A stretch of DNA of 64,000 bases, taken from positions 320,001 through 384,000 of the forward strand of contig CBEVQO010000001.1 in the NCBI GenBank assembly GCA_965552055.1. Reading direction: 5' to 3'. The notes beneath the pieces were generated by a model, which saw only the letters and a list, made by a program, of their open reading frames with translations, was not told where the DNA came from and did no database searches. The position numbers were made by a program, and so were the translations under genes. This stretch comes from an uncultured bacterium. Lineage in GTDB: Bacteria > Hydrothermota > UBA3073 > NMUJ01 > CBEVQO01. Numbering within the stretch: position 1 is the stretch's first letter; each line of letters begins with the position of its first letter. Below, one piece after another: positions 20,409 to 31,405 of the stretch.

Positions 20409-20557
20409 TATCCCTTTCCGGGTATCCCTCCGAGACGATAAATCACCTCTTCTTTCACACCACATTCTTTACAAACTTTTAAATCCCTTTTTAACTCATC
20501 GAAACTCAATTGCGGCTCCAACCTTGAAATATTTCTTAAATTATGTAATGTAAGAAT

Positions 20558-20591
20558 GTCAAGGGTAAAATGAAAAAAGTGGATTTTTATG
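20558..20591 (-). repeat. 34-bp element, inverted copy of 38400-38433
   Basis: gtcaagggtaaaatgaaaaaagtggatttttatg is the exact reverse complement of cataaaaatccacttttttcattttacccttgac. Confidence 0.9.
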
Positions 20592-20645
20592 AATTCAATA
20601 ATTTTTCAGCTTGACAATTTGGGATTTGGGATAAAATATAGGAGA

Positions 20646-20717
20646 GCCGAGGTAGCTCAGTGGTAGAGCGTGGGACTGAAAATCCCAGCGTCGGTGGTTC
20701 GATTCCACCCCTCGGCA
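20646..20717 (+). tRNA. tRNA-Phe(GAA), CCA not encoded
   Basis: GCCGAGG..CCTCGGC acceptor stem, TAGCTCAGTGGTAGAGC D arm, tggga-ctGAAaa-tccca anticodon arm, GGTTCGATTCC T arm. Confidence 0.96.
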
Positions 20718-20718
20718 T

Positions 20719-20790
20719 GCCGGCGTAGCTCAGCGGTAGAGCGGCGGTTTCGTAAACCGCAGGCCAGGGGTTCGAATCCCCTCGTCGGCT
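20719..20790 (+). tRNA. tRNA-Thr(CGT), CCA not encoded
   Basis: GCCGGCG..CGTCGGC acceptor, gcggt-ttCGTaa-accgc anticodon arm, GGTTCGAATCC T arm. Confidence 0.95.
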
Positions 20791-20802
20791 AATTTTTATT
20801 TT

Positions 20803-21561
20803 ATGAAAGCATTTGCACTTATTGGAAGTCCGAGAGTAGGCAATACCTTTAAATTGTGTGAAATTTTCCTTAAAAAATTACAAGAAAAAATCCCAATAGA
20901 ATACGAGATTAAAAGGATTGAGGACTTTAAAATTGAGTATTGTAAAGGTTGCGGCAACTGCATAGCGGGTAAAAATTGTCCTATTAACGACGATTTCAAA
21001 GAAGTCATTAATAAAATCAAATCTTCGGATTTATTTATATTTGCATCTCCTGTTTATGCTGAAAATGTAAGTGCTCAGACGAAAACTTTTATTGATAGAA
21101 ATTGTGGCAATTTCCATTTTCCTCCTTTTTGCGGTAAATACGCGATTGTGGCGTCAACCACAGCTGCTCATGGCTTATCCACTGTTTTGAAAATATTAAG
21201 AGCAAGTGTTGTGTGTTGGGGGATGAGTTGCATAGGTGAATTATCTGCAATATTTTGGGGAAATAAAATGAAAGACGAAGAAAAAGTTAAAAGAGAGATA
21301 GACAAATTGGCAAATAAAGTTGCGAGGATTTTAAAAGGAGAAGAAATATTTTCACCATCTTCATTTGACCTTATGATTTTTGAATCAATGAAAAAAGAAG
21401 CGTTTTATTCAAAATACTGGAATAAAGCAGAGTATAATTTCTGGAAAGAGAAAGGATTATTTAACCAAAAATATTATTCAAAGGATGTAAAAATAAATTT
21501 CCACAGGGTTTTACTTGCGAAATTTTTAATCTCTCTTTATTATAGCTTTGGGAGGATATAA
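20803..21561 (+). CDS. Flavodoxin-fold NADPH-dependent FMN reductase / iron-sulfur flavoprotein
   Basis: GSPRVGNT, CKGCGNC..C cluster motif, FASPVY..VSAQTKTFIDR. Confidence 0.88.
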   Translation: MKAFALIGSPRVGNTFKLCEIFLKKLQEKIPIEYEIKRIEDFKIEYCKGCGNCIAGKNCPINDDFKEVINKIKSSDLFIFASPVYAENVSAQTKTFIDRNCGNFHFPPFCGKYAIVASTTAAHGLSTVLKILRASVVCWGMSCIGELSAIFWGNKMKDEEKVKREIDKLANKVARILKGEEIFSPSSFDLMIFESMKKEAFYSKYWNKAEYNFWKEKGLFNQKYYSKDVKINFHRVLLAKFLISLYYSFGRI

Positions 21562-21587
21562 ATATGCCATGGTGATAAAAAAGGGGG

Positions 21588-24500
21588 ATGATGCGTGTGT
21601 TGTTGTTATTTTTTATTATAGGCGGGTTATATTCGGTTGGTTCAGCGGATACTATTACGGTAATAGACGGCGGTAAGGAGGCAAATTATCATGTCTCCGA
21701 TAATTTCTACAATTACAGCCTGCTCGAATACATATATCCCAAGGATTCTCTTACATCTGGTATCATAACTCGAATATGGTTTAAGCATAATGATTTTACT
21801 TACACGAAAACCAATCAGGTGATTTATATGGGGCATACGAATAAAAGTCATTTTGAGAGTAAGACCGACTGGATACCTTCAACCGAGTTAACACAGGTTT
21901 ACAGTGGCTCTTTTAATATAACAAATGGATGGGTTGAAATTACTCTGGATAATCCATTTACATATTATGGCTCAAAGAATCTTGTTATTATGATTGATAA
22001 CAATCAGGGGTCTTACCCTGGTAGTGACCGCAGATGGTATTATGAGAGCGGTTATAGTGCTCGATGCCTTGATTATCGCAGTGACGGAACCAACCCTGAC
22101 CCTGCGAATCCACCTGAAGCAAACTATTTACGCGATGAACTGGCGAACTTAAGAATAGAAATCAGTTACCCTGATACAAACATAGGAGTAATTGGATTTG
22201 TTTTCGCATCTTATTATCAAAAAAATTCCACAGATTCTATTGGACTTATTGTAAAGAATTTCGGAAATCATTCTCAAACTAATTTTTATGTATATTATGA
22301 CTTCAAAAGCGACCCGGGACGAGATTCCATGCAATATACATCGACACTGGCTCCTCAATCGGTTGATACAGTATTTATAGAATGGACTCCACAAACAGCA
22401 GGTGAGGACACTGTTTTTGGCTGGACTGAACTCGATGGCGATACATGGGTTCATGATGATACTTCAAAGAGCTGGATAAAGATTTTAGATGAAGGCGTAT
22501 TTGTGGATGAAGGATTTGAGAGAACGACTTTCCCGCCCACTGGCTGGACAACCCAAATAGTGAATAACACTGGATGGACCGACCCGGAATGGACAAGGGA
22601 AACATCAGGCAGTAGTCCATCCTGTTCGCCTCATAGTGGTGTAGCTATGGCAAAATTTAACTCCTATTCCTGTGACGATGGCGATGAAATGAGACTCATT
22701 ACTTATAGTTTTGATTTAAGCAGTGTATCCAGTTGTAGTCTGACTTTCTGGTGGTTTCACTGGTATAGCAATTCATTTTACAGAGATTCATTAATCATTG
22801 AGATTGACACAAATTCCAGTGGTAGTTGGATATGTTTAGATAGATTTCAGGCAGGAACTAAAGGTTCTGGTACAAACAGCTGGAAGAAGCGAGGAATTGA
22901 CATCAGCTCTTATTGGACACAAGAAAGTGCGTATCGCGATAACAGGTAAAAGCGATTACGATTATAACATCTATATTGATGATGTTAAGGTATTTAAGGT
23001 AGAAGTATTTAATAATGATGTTGGTATCATAGGATTTGTTAAGTCACAAAATTACATGGTGGGCAAATCCGATTCAATTGGACTTATAATAAAGAACTTC
23101 GGGAATAATTCCCAAAATGATTTCTGGGTGCACTACGATTTAAAAATTGACCCAGGTAGGGATTCTCTTCATTACACATCTACATTGAATTCTCAACAAA
23201 TTGATACAGTATTTATTGACTGGACGCCTCAGACTGCTGGTAGCGATTCTATTATAGGCTGGACAGTATTATCCGGGGATGAAAATACAGGGAATGATAC
23301 ATCAAAAACTTCTGTCAATATCCTTGAATCGGGAACTATACTGACAGAAGGATTTGAGAGCTCCACCTTTCCACCTGAAGGCTGGTGTATGTTTGGCTGG
23401 GATGAAGGAGTAGAGGTTGATGACCCCTGGCAGCGCTCTGATTTTAATCCACATGGTGGTGGATGGTGTGCCCGCACCAAATATGATATGAGTGGTGGCA
23501 CAGATTACTGGCTTGTATCTAAAAGAATTGACCTATCTGGATATGACATTATAACACTTAAATTCTACCATATACCGAAATATAACGATAACGCAAATTA
23601 TCTTAAAATAACAACACAGGCTGACTCAATGGATACAAGTGCATACACTATTCTACATACATTCTATGATAAAGGTACTGATTGGGAGTTATTTGAAATC
23701 GACTTATCAGATTATGCTGGTTGCACAATCTTTATTGCATGGAATGCAAAAGAAGAAAATGATTACGAGTACTGGTATCTTGATGATATTACGATAATTG
23801 CAGAGACAAGCCTTACTCATGATATAAAAATGGTTTCGATAATATCGCCACCTAAATTTGTAATGGAGCAAACTCCTTATATCCCGCGTGCAAAAATCAA
23901 AAATATAGGGAAAAATACAGAGACATTCAAAATCTTTTGTAAAGTTGACTCTTCAGGACATACGATTTTCAAAGACAGCGTTCAGGTCAATAATCTCAAA
24001 CCAGATTCCACAAAGGTTGTGAATTTCAGTTCATGGACACCTGCATCCGATGGAAATACTTATACACTTACTTTCTATACTGCATTATCAAATGACGGCG
24101 ATAAAAGCGATGATACTCTTACTTTGTCGGTTAAAGTTGTTAAACGACTACCTGTTGAGGCAATTAATCCTCTTCACTGGCCAAGTTTTATGCGTGATAT
24201 CGCAAATACAGGGAGAACAGATTGCGTTGGACCCGACACAATAGAATCGTATGCCTCATATTCAACTGGTGGAGCCATTCATTCCTCACCTGTTATAGAT
24301 AGTGATGGTACAGTATATTTTGGCTCTGATGACGGATACCTTTATGCGATGCATCCTGACTTATCGGGATATAAATGGAGATACGAGACACCCGGAGAAG
24401 CCATACGCTCAACCCCAGCAATAGACACAAATGGTAATATTTACTTTGGTTCAAACGATAATTACTTTTATTCTTTAGATTCAAATGGTAACTTCCGATG

Positions 24501-25545
24501 GCGTCATCTTTTAGCCAATCTTTATAATGTAGTTCATCCAGCGGTTATAGGAGATGACCAGAAAATATACATTGGAGCTGGCTCTAATTTTTATGCATTT
24601 AATCCAGATGGCTCAATCGCATGGCAACTTACTGCTCCAACAATAGCAGGAGATATCTCTACAGGAGCAGCACTCCGGGATAGCATCGTATATTTTGGCA
24701 CAACCAATGACCACTATCTTTATGCTGTGTGTAATGGCGTAGTCCTGTGGAAAAAACCATTACCAAGAGGAATAAATTCAACTCCTACTCTCAAAGGCGA
24801 TACAATATTTTTTGCATTGAATGATGGCAAACTTTATGCGATAAGGGACACAGGTGAGGGTTACAAGGATTTATGGGCAGTTCGCATAGACCCGCCTAAA
24901 TCTGGCTGGAGCGATGTCTATTATTCTTCACCTGCTGTTGGGTTTGACCACACAATTTATGTTGGAACGCCTTTCAATCATCTTGTGGCTGTATATCCCG
25001 ATGGTGAAATAAAATGGAAATTTAAAGTTCACGGCAAAGTATGGTCGTCACCTGTAGTTGACAGCAACGGCATAATCTATTTTGGCTCTCATGACGATAC
25101 ACTTTATGCCCTTGAAGATTTGGGCTCATGTGCACAGGTAGTATGGAAATTCGGAACAGGAGGCTCAATACGGAGTGCAGCAGCAATAAGAAACCCACTT
25201 TACTTTACATCCTTAGATGGTAAAATCTATTGTATAAATCCACCCAGTGCTGTTAAATTGAAAGAGAAAACCACACAAAAATTGAACGCTTTCTCACTTC
25301 AAGTTTATCCAAATCCTTCCAATAAAGAAATAATCATTCGATATTCCTGTCCTTACTCCTGTGAAGTTTCACTTAAGATATACGATGTATCAGGGAGATT
25401 GGTGAAAACTCTTGTGAATAGCAAAAAGAAGCCTGGCTCTTATATCATAAAATGCGATAATAAGGAATTTCCGTGCGGAATTTATTTTATCAGAATGCAA
25501 GCAGGAGAATTTCGTGCCACCAAAAAATTACTGCTAATACAATAA
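21588..25545 (+). pseudogene. Large secreted/surface protein (duplicated Ig-like + adhesin-like modules, PQQ-type beta-propeller, T9SS/FlgD-like C-terminal domain) split by a frameshift near 22910
   Basis: ORFs 21588-22949 and 22897-25545 join as IDISSY/IGHKKVRIAI; signal peptide; EGFE..FPP.GW repeats; SSPVIDSDGTVYFGS propeller repeats; VYPNP..IYDVSGRLV..GIYFIR C-terminus. Confidence 0.8.
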
Positions 25546-25650
25546 GCATAGAATTGGAATTACTTCGCTCTTTAACAAATTAAGGGGTAAGATGCGAGAA
25601 ACTATTATTATCTTTAAACTTGTGAGTATGTCAATGGTAGTTAAATAACC

Positions 25651-26415
25651 ATGGAGTGGTGGCAAAATTATTTTGATGAGATTTATCTCAAATTATACTC
25701 ACCAAAGGTGGACAATCCCAAAAGGATAAAAAGGGAAGTAGATTTCATAGAAAAAGCATTAAATCTTAAAAAAGATATGAAAATACTTGATTTGGCATGT
25801 GGACAGGGCAGACACGCAATTGAGCTCGCAAAAAGAGGATACAATGTTATTGGATTGGATTATTCTGATTATCTTTTAAATGTGGCAAAGGAGAGAACAA
25901 GGGAAGAAAAAGTAAAAGTAAAATTTGTAAAAGGAGATATGAGAAATTTACCTTTTGAAAATGAATTCGATGCAATCTATAATATGTTTACATCTTTTGG
26001 ATATTTTTCGGATGAGGATAACTTTAAAGTGTTAAAAAGTGTGCACCGGGCACTCAAACCGGGTGGCAAATTCCTTCTCGATATAGTAAACATATTTTGG
26101 CTGATTAAAAATTTTCAGCATAAAATGTGGTTAAAAACTGAAGATTTGATTTGTCTGGAGCAAAATGAATTCAATCCCGTTAATATGCGTTGTACAAACA
26201 AAAGAATAGTATTTGAGAAAGGAAAAGAAATAGACCAAAAGGAACATACAGTAAGATGTTACACTGCTGGCGAAATATCTTTCCTCATGAAACTTGCAAG
26301 ATTAGAGGTCGAAAAAATTTACGGAGATTACGATTTAAATGAATATTCTCTGGATAAAACCAGAATGATTGTCATAGCAAAGAAGAAGAGAAGCGATGAG
26401 AGAAATCGAAATTGA
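25651..26415 (+). CDS. Class I SAM-dependent methyltransferase
   Basis: ILDLACGQGRH, GDMRNLP, FTSFGYF, LKPGGKF. Confidence 0.92.
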   Translation: MEWWQNYFDEIYLKLYSPKVDNPKRIKREVDFIEKALNLKKDMKILDLACGQGRHAIELAKRGYNVIGLDYSDYLLNVAKERTREEKVKVKFVKGDMRNLPFENEFDAIYNMFTSFGYFSDEDNFKVLKSVHRALKPGGKFLLDIVNIFWLIKNFQHKMWLKTEDLICLEQNEFNPVNMRCTNKRIVFEKGKEIDQKEHTVRCYTAGEISFLMKLARLEVEKIYGDYDLNEYSLDKTRMIVIAKKKRSDERNRN

Positions 26416-26647
26416 TAAATTACAACCATCTCAACTTTATATAGAGAAGGAAAGATTTCAAAAAATTTTTGATGAATTTGACCCTGAAAACTATGAACCT
26501 GTGCCTGTAAATAAAAAAGTTACTTTACATAAAAATAAATGGATTATAATTGACTGGGATATTTCTCATGAGTTTCTTGTACATGAAGATATCATTTTCT
26601 TTTCGTTTCACACTTCAAAAGCGCCAGATAAGAAAATGCTGTGTTAA
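26396..26647 (+). pseudogene. Probable fused gene remnant (83 aa)
   Basis: N-part LQPSQLYI resembles a ParB-like start; C-part WIIIDWDISH..SFHTSK recurs at 29770-29850. Confidence 0.45.
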
Positions 26648-26686
26648 AAATGATATAAGGGATACCGGGAATAATTGGAGGTAAAA

Positions 26687-27250
26687 ATGAAGGAAGAAAA
26701 AATCAAAATGATAGGACCTTTTGAAATTGAACTGAAGCCGATTGATACGCAGGGATTTATTCTGGATATAGGAGGCGGAGGCGAAGGCATAATCGGTAAA
26801 TTGAACGGCAAACAGGTTGTTGCGATTGATATAAAAGAAGAAGAGTTGCTTGAAACGAAAAACGAAGCTCTAAAAATAGTGATGGATGCAAGGAAACTGC
26901 AATTTTTACCTGAATCCTTTGATGTATGTACCGCTTTCTTCACATTCATGTATATCAAGAAAAAAGACCATTATACGGTATTCAAAGAAATAAAAAGAGT
27001 TTTGAAAAGAGATGGCAGATTTTTACTGTGGGATGTTGTGATACCCGAAAGGGAAGAAGATTATAATATCTTTGCGGTGCATCTTAAAATAAAGATTAAA
27101 AATGAAATCATTGAAACGGGTTACGGAGTGAAATGGGATGATACACAGGATATAAATCATTTTAAAGAACTTGCAAAAGAAACAAACTTTGATGTAATAA
27201 AGGAATGGCAAAAAGATGAAATATTTTATCTGGAGATGATAAAGAAGTAG
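26687..27250 (+). CDS. Class I SAM-dependent methyltransferase
   Basis: ILDIGGGGEG, VMDARKLQF, RVLKRDGRF; GGAGG RBS. Confidence 0.88.
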   Translation: MKEEKIKMIGPFEIELKPIDTQGFILDIGGGGEGIIGKLNGKQVVAIDIKEEELLETKNEALKIVMDARKLQFLPESFDVCTAFFTFMYIKKKDHYTVFKEIKRVLKRDGRFLLWDVVIPEREEDYNIFAVHLKIKIKNEIIETGYGVKWDDTQDINHFKELAKETNFDVIKEWQKDEIFYLEMIKK

Positions 27251-27262
27251 AAAGGGGGTAAA

Positions 27263-29119
27263 ATGGCGTTACCTAAGTTGATACCCCGTGAGGTGCTTTT
27301 GGGACTACCCGAGGTAACAAACCCAAAGATTTCGCCCGATGGCAGGAAAATAGCGTATCTCAAGCGAACCGACGATGTGCTTAACATATGGTTGAAAGAC
27401 GAGAAAGGCGAAAGACAGTTAACTTTTGAAAAAGAAAGAAGTATAGTCAATTACATCTGGGCTGAAAACAGCAGACACATAATATACATGAAAGATTACG
27501 ATGGTGATGAAAACTGGCACATATACAGGATAGATACTTTAACAGGCAAGATAAAAGACCTTACACCTTTTGAAGGCGTCCAGGCAAGTATCCTTCGTGC
27601 TCATCCTTCAAAACCTGATGAAATACTCATACAGATGAACAAAAGAGACCCTTCGGTGCATGATGTTTATAGATTGAATCTTCAAACAGGTGAGATGAAC
27701 CTTGAAATGGAAAATCCAGGCAATTTAATGACAGCACTGGGACTACATGGCTGGGTTACAGATAGGAACTTAAAAATAAGAGCAGGACATTTTATTTGCG
27801 ATGATGGGAGCGTTGAATTAAGAATACTTGAAAAGGGTGAATGGAAGCCAGTTCTGAAATGGTCTCCAGAAGAAAGTTTATTCTCAACCTGTATTGAAGC
27901 ATTATCAGAAGATGAATTTTATATACTGGATGCGATAAATTCACCTACATACAGGATTTCTGTTTTGAATGTGAAAACAGGAGAAAAGAAAGAAGTAATA
28001 TCAGACCCTGATTATGATTGTACATGGTGGATGTTATTCCATCCTTATACTGATGAACTACTTGCTGTTTGCATTTATAAAGAAAAAGCTAATTGGGTAG
28101 CTGTCTCAGAGAAGGTAAAGGAAGACATCGAATTTCTAAATAATGAATTAAAAGGTGACTACGCCATAATCAGTCAGAACACCGATAATAATATATGGGT
28201 CATAGAATTTACAAAAGATGATACACCAACGGAATTTTATCTTTATCGAAGAGATAATAAGAAGCTGGAGTTTTTGTTCTCAACCCAGCCCGAACTTAAA
28301 AAATACACCCTTTCTAACAAAATGCCGGTATTTATACGAACAAGAGACGGCTACAAAATGTTATGTTATCTCACATTTCCTGAAGGCTTACCCAGAAAAA
28401 ATCTGCCGATGGTACTCAAAGTGCATGGTGGTCCTTGGAGCAGGGATTTTTGGAGATTTGACCCTGTGGTGCAATGGCTCGCAAATAGGGGTTATTTATG
28501 TCTGCAAGTTAATTTCCGTGGCTCAATGGGATTTGGCAAAGAGTTTCTGAACGCAGGTGATAGGGAATGGGGTGGCAAGATGCAAGACGACCTTGTTGAT
28601 TCAGTTAAATGGTGTATTGAAAATGGCTATGCAGACCCTGAAAGAATAGCAATTATGGGAGCTTCATACGGTGGATATGCTGCACTTTGCGGAGCTACAT
28701 TCACACCTGATTTATTCAAATGTGCAATCTCCGTATGTGGACCGAGCAATTTAATCACATTTTTGAAGTCAATTCCTCCTTACTGGAAAACATACTGGGC
28801 GATATTCAGGAAAAGAATAGGTGACCCCGATAAAGAAGCAGAATTCCTAAAGTCAAGGTCACCCTATTTCCATGCAGACAAAATCAAAATACCATTACTT
28901 ATAGCTCAGGGAGCAAATGACCCAAGAGTAAATAGAGAGGAGAGCGAACAAATCGTTAAAGCACTCAGAGAAAGAGGCAAAGAAGTGGAATATTTGCTTT
29001 TCGAAAACGAAGGACATGGACTTTTAATTCAGGAAAATAGATTAAAGTTTTACGAATCTGCTGAAAAATTCCTGGCAAAGCATCTTGGTGGTAGATGTGA
29101 GGAAATTCATGGGATTTAA
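27263..29119 (+). CDS. S9 family serine peptidase (dipeptidyl/acylaminoacyl peptidase)
   Basis: VHGGPW, GASYGG nucleophile elbow, QGANDPRV, NEGHG triad. Confidence 0.95.
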   Translation: MALPKLIPREVLLGLPEVTNPKISPDGRKIAYLKRTDDVLNIWLKDEKGERQLTFEKERSIVNYIWAENSRHIIYMKDYDGDENWHIYRIDTLTGKIKDLTPFEGVQASILRAHPSKPDEILIQMNKRDPSVHDVYRLNLQTGEMNLEMENPGNLMTALGLHGWVTDRNLKIRAGHFICDDGSVELRILEKGEWKPVLKWSPEESLFSTCIEALSEDEFYILDAINSPTYRISVLNVKTGEKKEVISDPDYDCTWWMLFHPYTDELLAVCIYKEKANWVAVSEKVKEDIEFLNNELKGDYAIISQNTDNNIWVIEFTKDDTPTEFYLYRRDNKKLEFLFSTQPELKKYTLSNKMPVFIRTRDGYKMLCYLTFPEGLPRKNLPMVLKVHGGPWSRDFWRFDPVVQWLANRGYLCLQVNFRGSMGFGKEFLNAGDREWGGKMQDDLVDSVKWCIENGYADPERIAIMGASYGGYAALCGATFTPDLFKCAISVCGPSNLITFLKSIPPYWKTYWAIFRKRIGDPDKEAEFLKSRSPYFHADKIKIPLLIAQGANDPRVNREESEQIVKALRERGKEVEYLLFENEGHGLLIQENRLKFYESAEKFLAKHLGGRCEEIHGI

Positions 29120-29759
29120 AGATTATGTAGATTCTTCAAAAGAGCTTATTGATTTTGTGGATAAGGTGAAGAGTTTATCGCCCAATAATATTGATGTTGC
29201 CCAATATATATTTGATTTTGTAAAAGAAATTAAGTGGGGTGCTTCTCCAATTTACAAAGCTTCTCAAGCCTTTCGTAAAAGGAATAGACCCCAGATATGC
29301 GTTTCAAAAGCTATCCTGCAGGTGGCTCTTTGCAGAATAGCTGGAATCCCAGCGAGATTTCATTGCTGGAAAATTAAGTTTTCGCAAAGTGTAGTTGATG
29401 CGATAAATGAGCTCTTATTTAAAGATTCAACTCGAAAGTTTAGGAATTTAGAGCTCTATCATGTGGCGGCTGAGGTATATTTGAACTCTTGGCTGGTCGC
29501 CGATGCAACTGTTGATAAAGCTTTACATCCGGTTTTCCCCATAAACACATGGGATGGCAAATCAAATGCTTATCAGAAAGGTTTTGAAATCATAGAAGAT
29601 TATGGAAGCTTTATTGATGTTCCGGAAATCGTATTAAAAGCAAATAAACTAAAAGTTCCATTCTACTTAAAACCATTTTCGCCACTAATAGTTTTTTTAA
29701 TAAATAGACAAATTAACAGCTTACTCGAAAAAATAAGACAGATATTATTAACAAAGTAA
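29109..29759 (+). CDS. Transglutaminase-like family protein
   Basis: ICVSKAILQVALCRIAGIPARF, HVAAEVY, WLVADAT (Cys-His-Asp). Confidence 0.85.
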   Translation: MGFKDYVDSSKELIDFVDKVKSLSPNNIDVAQYIFDFVKEIKWGASPIYKASQAFRKRNRPQICVSKAILQVALCRIAGIPARFHCWKIKFSQSVVDAINELLFKDSTRKFRNLELYHVAAEVYLNSWLVADATVDKALHPVFPINTWDGKSNAYQKGFEIIEDYGSFIDVPEIVLKANKLKVPFYLKPFSPLIVFLINRQINSLLEKIRQILLTK

Positions 29760-29860
29760 CATCATGGTGTGGATCATAATCGACTGGGATATATCGCACA
29801 AATTTGACAGGGAAAATACAACTTTCCTAATTTCATTCCATACTTCAAAAATCAAAGAAG

Positions 29861-30588
29861 ATGTATAAATCCAAATATTCTTGGAATATCTTATGGAAAT
29901 GGCAGTGGTTTACAAGGGAAATATGGATTAAAAAATACTGGATAGAAACAGAAAGAGCAGTTAAGCCAATTTTAAAGATACTGCAAAAACTAAATGTAGA
30001 ATATCTACTCGATGCCACATGTGGCTTGGGATTCAAAACAATATTATTCGCAAAGGCAGGTTATAAGGTAGCAGGTAGCGATTACAGTGAAATTGCAATA
30101 AAATACGCAAAGAAATTAGCAAAGGAAGAAAAAGTAAATATTCAATTTTTTGTTTCGGAATTTCATAAATTACCACAAAATACAGAAGAAAAATACGATT
30201 GCGTATATACTGACTATTTCGATGAATTGCCAACTTATAAAGAGCTCTTATCATCCGCAAAAGGAATATATTCGGTTTTAAAATAAAATGGCAAATTTAT
30301 ATTCTCTGCTCCTTCTCCTGAGATAAAGAAAGAAGACCTCAAAAATATTATAGAAAAGGTCTATGAAAAGCGAAAGGTTATCGTTTATCCTTCTGTAAAG
30401 AAAAAGCAAAAAGAGGTTATGTTATAAAAAATGGCAAAAGAATAGGTGTGGAAATAGCTTCTATAATGAATTCAAGAATCAAATGGACTTTTGATGATTT
30501 TGTTAAAATATTGAAAGAAGTGGGATTCAGCAAAATACAAACGAAAAAGCGAGCAAAAGATGAGGTATTTGTTATAGCAATAAAATGA
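29861..30588 (+). pseudogene. Disrupted class I SAM methyltransferase
   Basis: LLDATCGLG motif; in-frame TAA at 30284 (SVLK*NGKFIF), a further frame break near 30420, then C-terminus ..LKEVGFSKI..FVIAIK*. Confidence 0.75.
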
Positions 30589-30709
30589 GGACTGAAAAAT
30601 AGTTTATATGATATAAGCTTGTAGAAATGAGTCAGGTAATTTTTATAAATATAAAAGAACTTTTTATCTCGCAATATACGATACCATTCACAATGATACT
30701 TTAAAATAT

Positions 30710-31351
30710 TTGGTCACGAATATCGTTTACGAAAAATATGATGATATAGACACAATATCGAGCTGGTTTTCAAGCTGGTCTTGCTACAAAATTCTTCGCA
30801 CAATTTATGGAGAAAATGATACTTCCACCGAGATTTGGTGGTATTCTCAAACTGAAACTGCTTTGCTATGGATTGCTTACACATTAAATTATAAAGATAT
30901 TCCGAAAGTGAAAAGCAAAATAAAATTTTGTATAGGTAAAAAGATTTTTAGCTCACTTGAAGAGCTTTCATCCTATCTTTATTTTCTTAGACATGGCATT
31001 ATGTTTCGAAAATCGGATACTATTTTGTGGTCTCCTCCTAAAAAATTGTTTGCCCTGCCTTTGAAAATAGGAGTCCAATGGATTGCGATGACAGATCCAT
31101 GGCTCGAAGGGAGGAAAGTAATAGCAAAAGAAAATGTAAATGTGCCTGCCGGTAAATTTCTTTGTTTAAAAATACAGATTAACTCTGAATGGATGCAAGA
31201 AAAAGATTCATGGTATTTATGGGTCAAGAATATAGGAATTATAAAAGACTCCTTGCATTTCGGGGTAGAAGCATACGATACTTCGGGAAATCTCATAGGT
31301 CACGGTGAAGGATATGATGTATATAATCTCGAAGATTATCACATTGAATAG
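30710..31351 (+). CDS. Hypothetical protein (start uncertain, possibly 5'-truncated)
   Basis: 213-aa ORF with VNVPAGKF..WVKNIGIIK motif; no clear RBS or ATG. Confidence 0.6.
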   Translation: MVTNIVYEKYDDIDTISSWFSSWSCYKILRTIYGENDTSTEIWWYSQTETALLWIAYTLNYKDIPKVKSKIKFCIGKKIFSSLEELSSYLYFLRHGIMFRKSDTILWSPPKKLFALPLKIGVQWIAMTDPWLEGRKVIAKENVNVPAGKFLCLKIQINSEWMQEKDSWYLWVKNIGIIKDSLHFGVEAYDTSGNLIGHGEGYDVYNLEDYHIE

Positions 31352-31405
31352 AAAAAATGATAAAACAAAAACTTGACAATATGAGAAAATAATTACATTA
31401 ATCAA

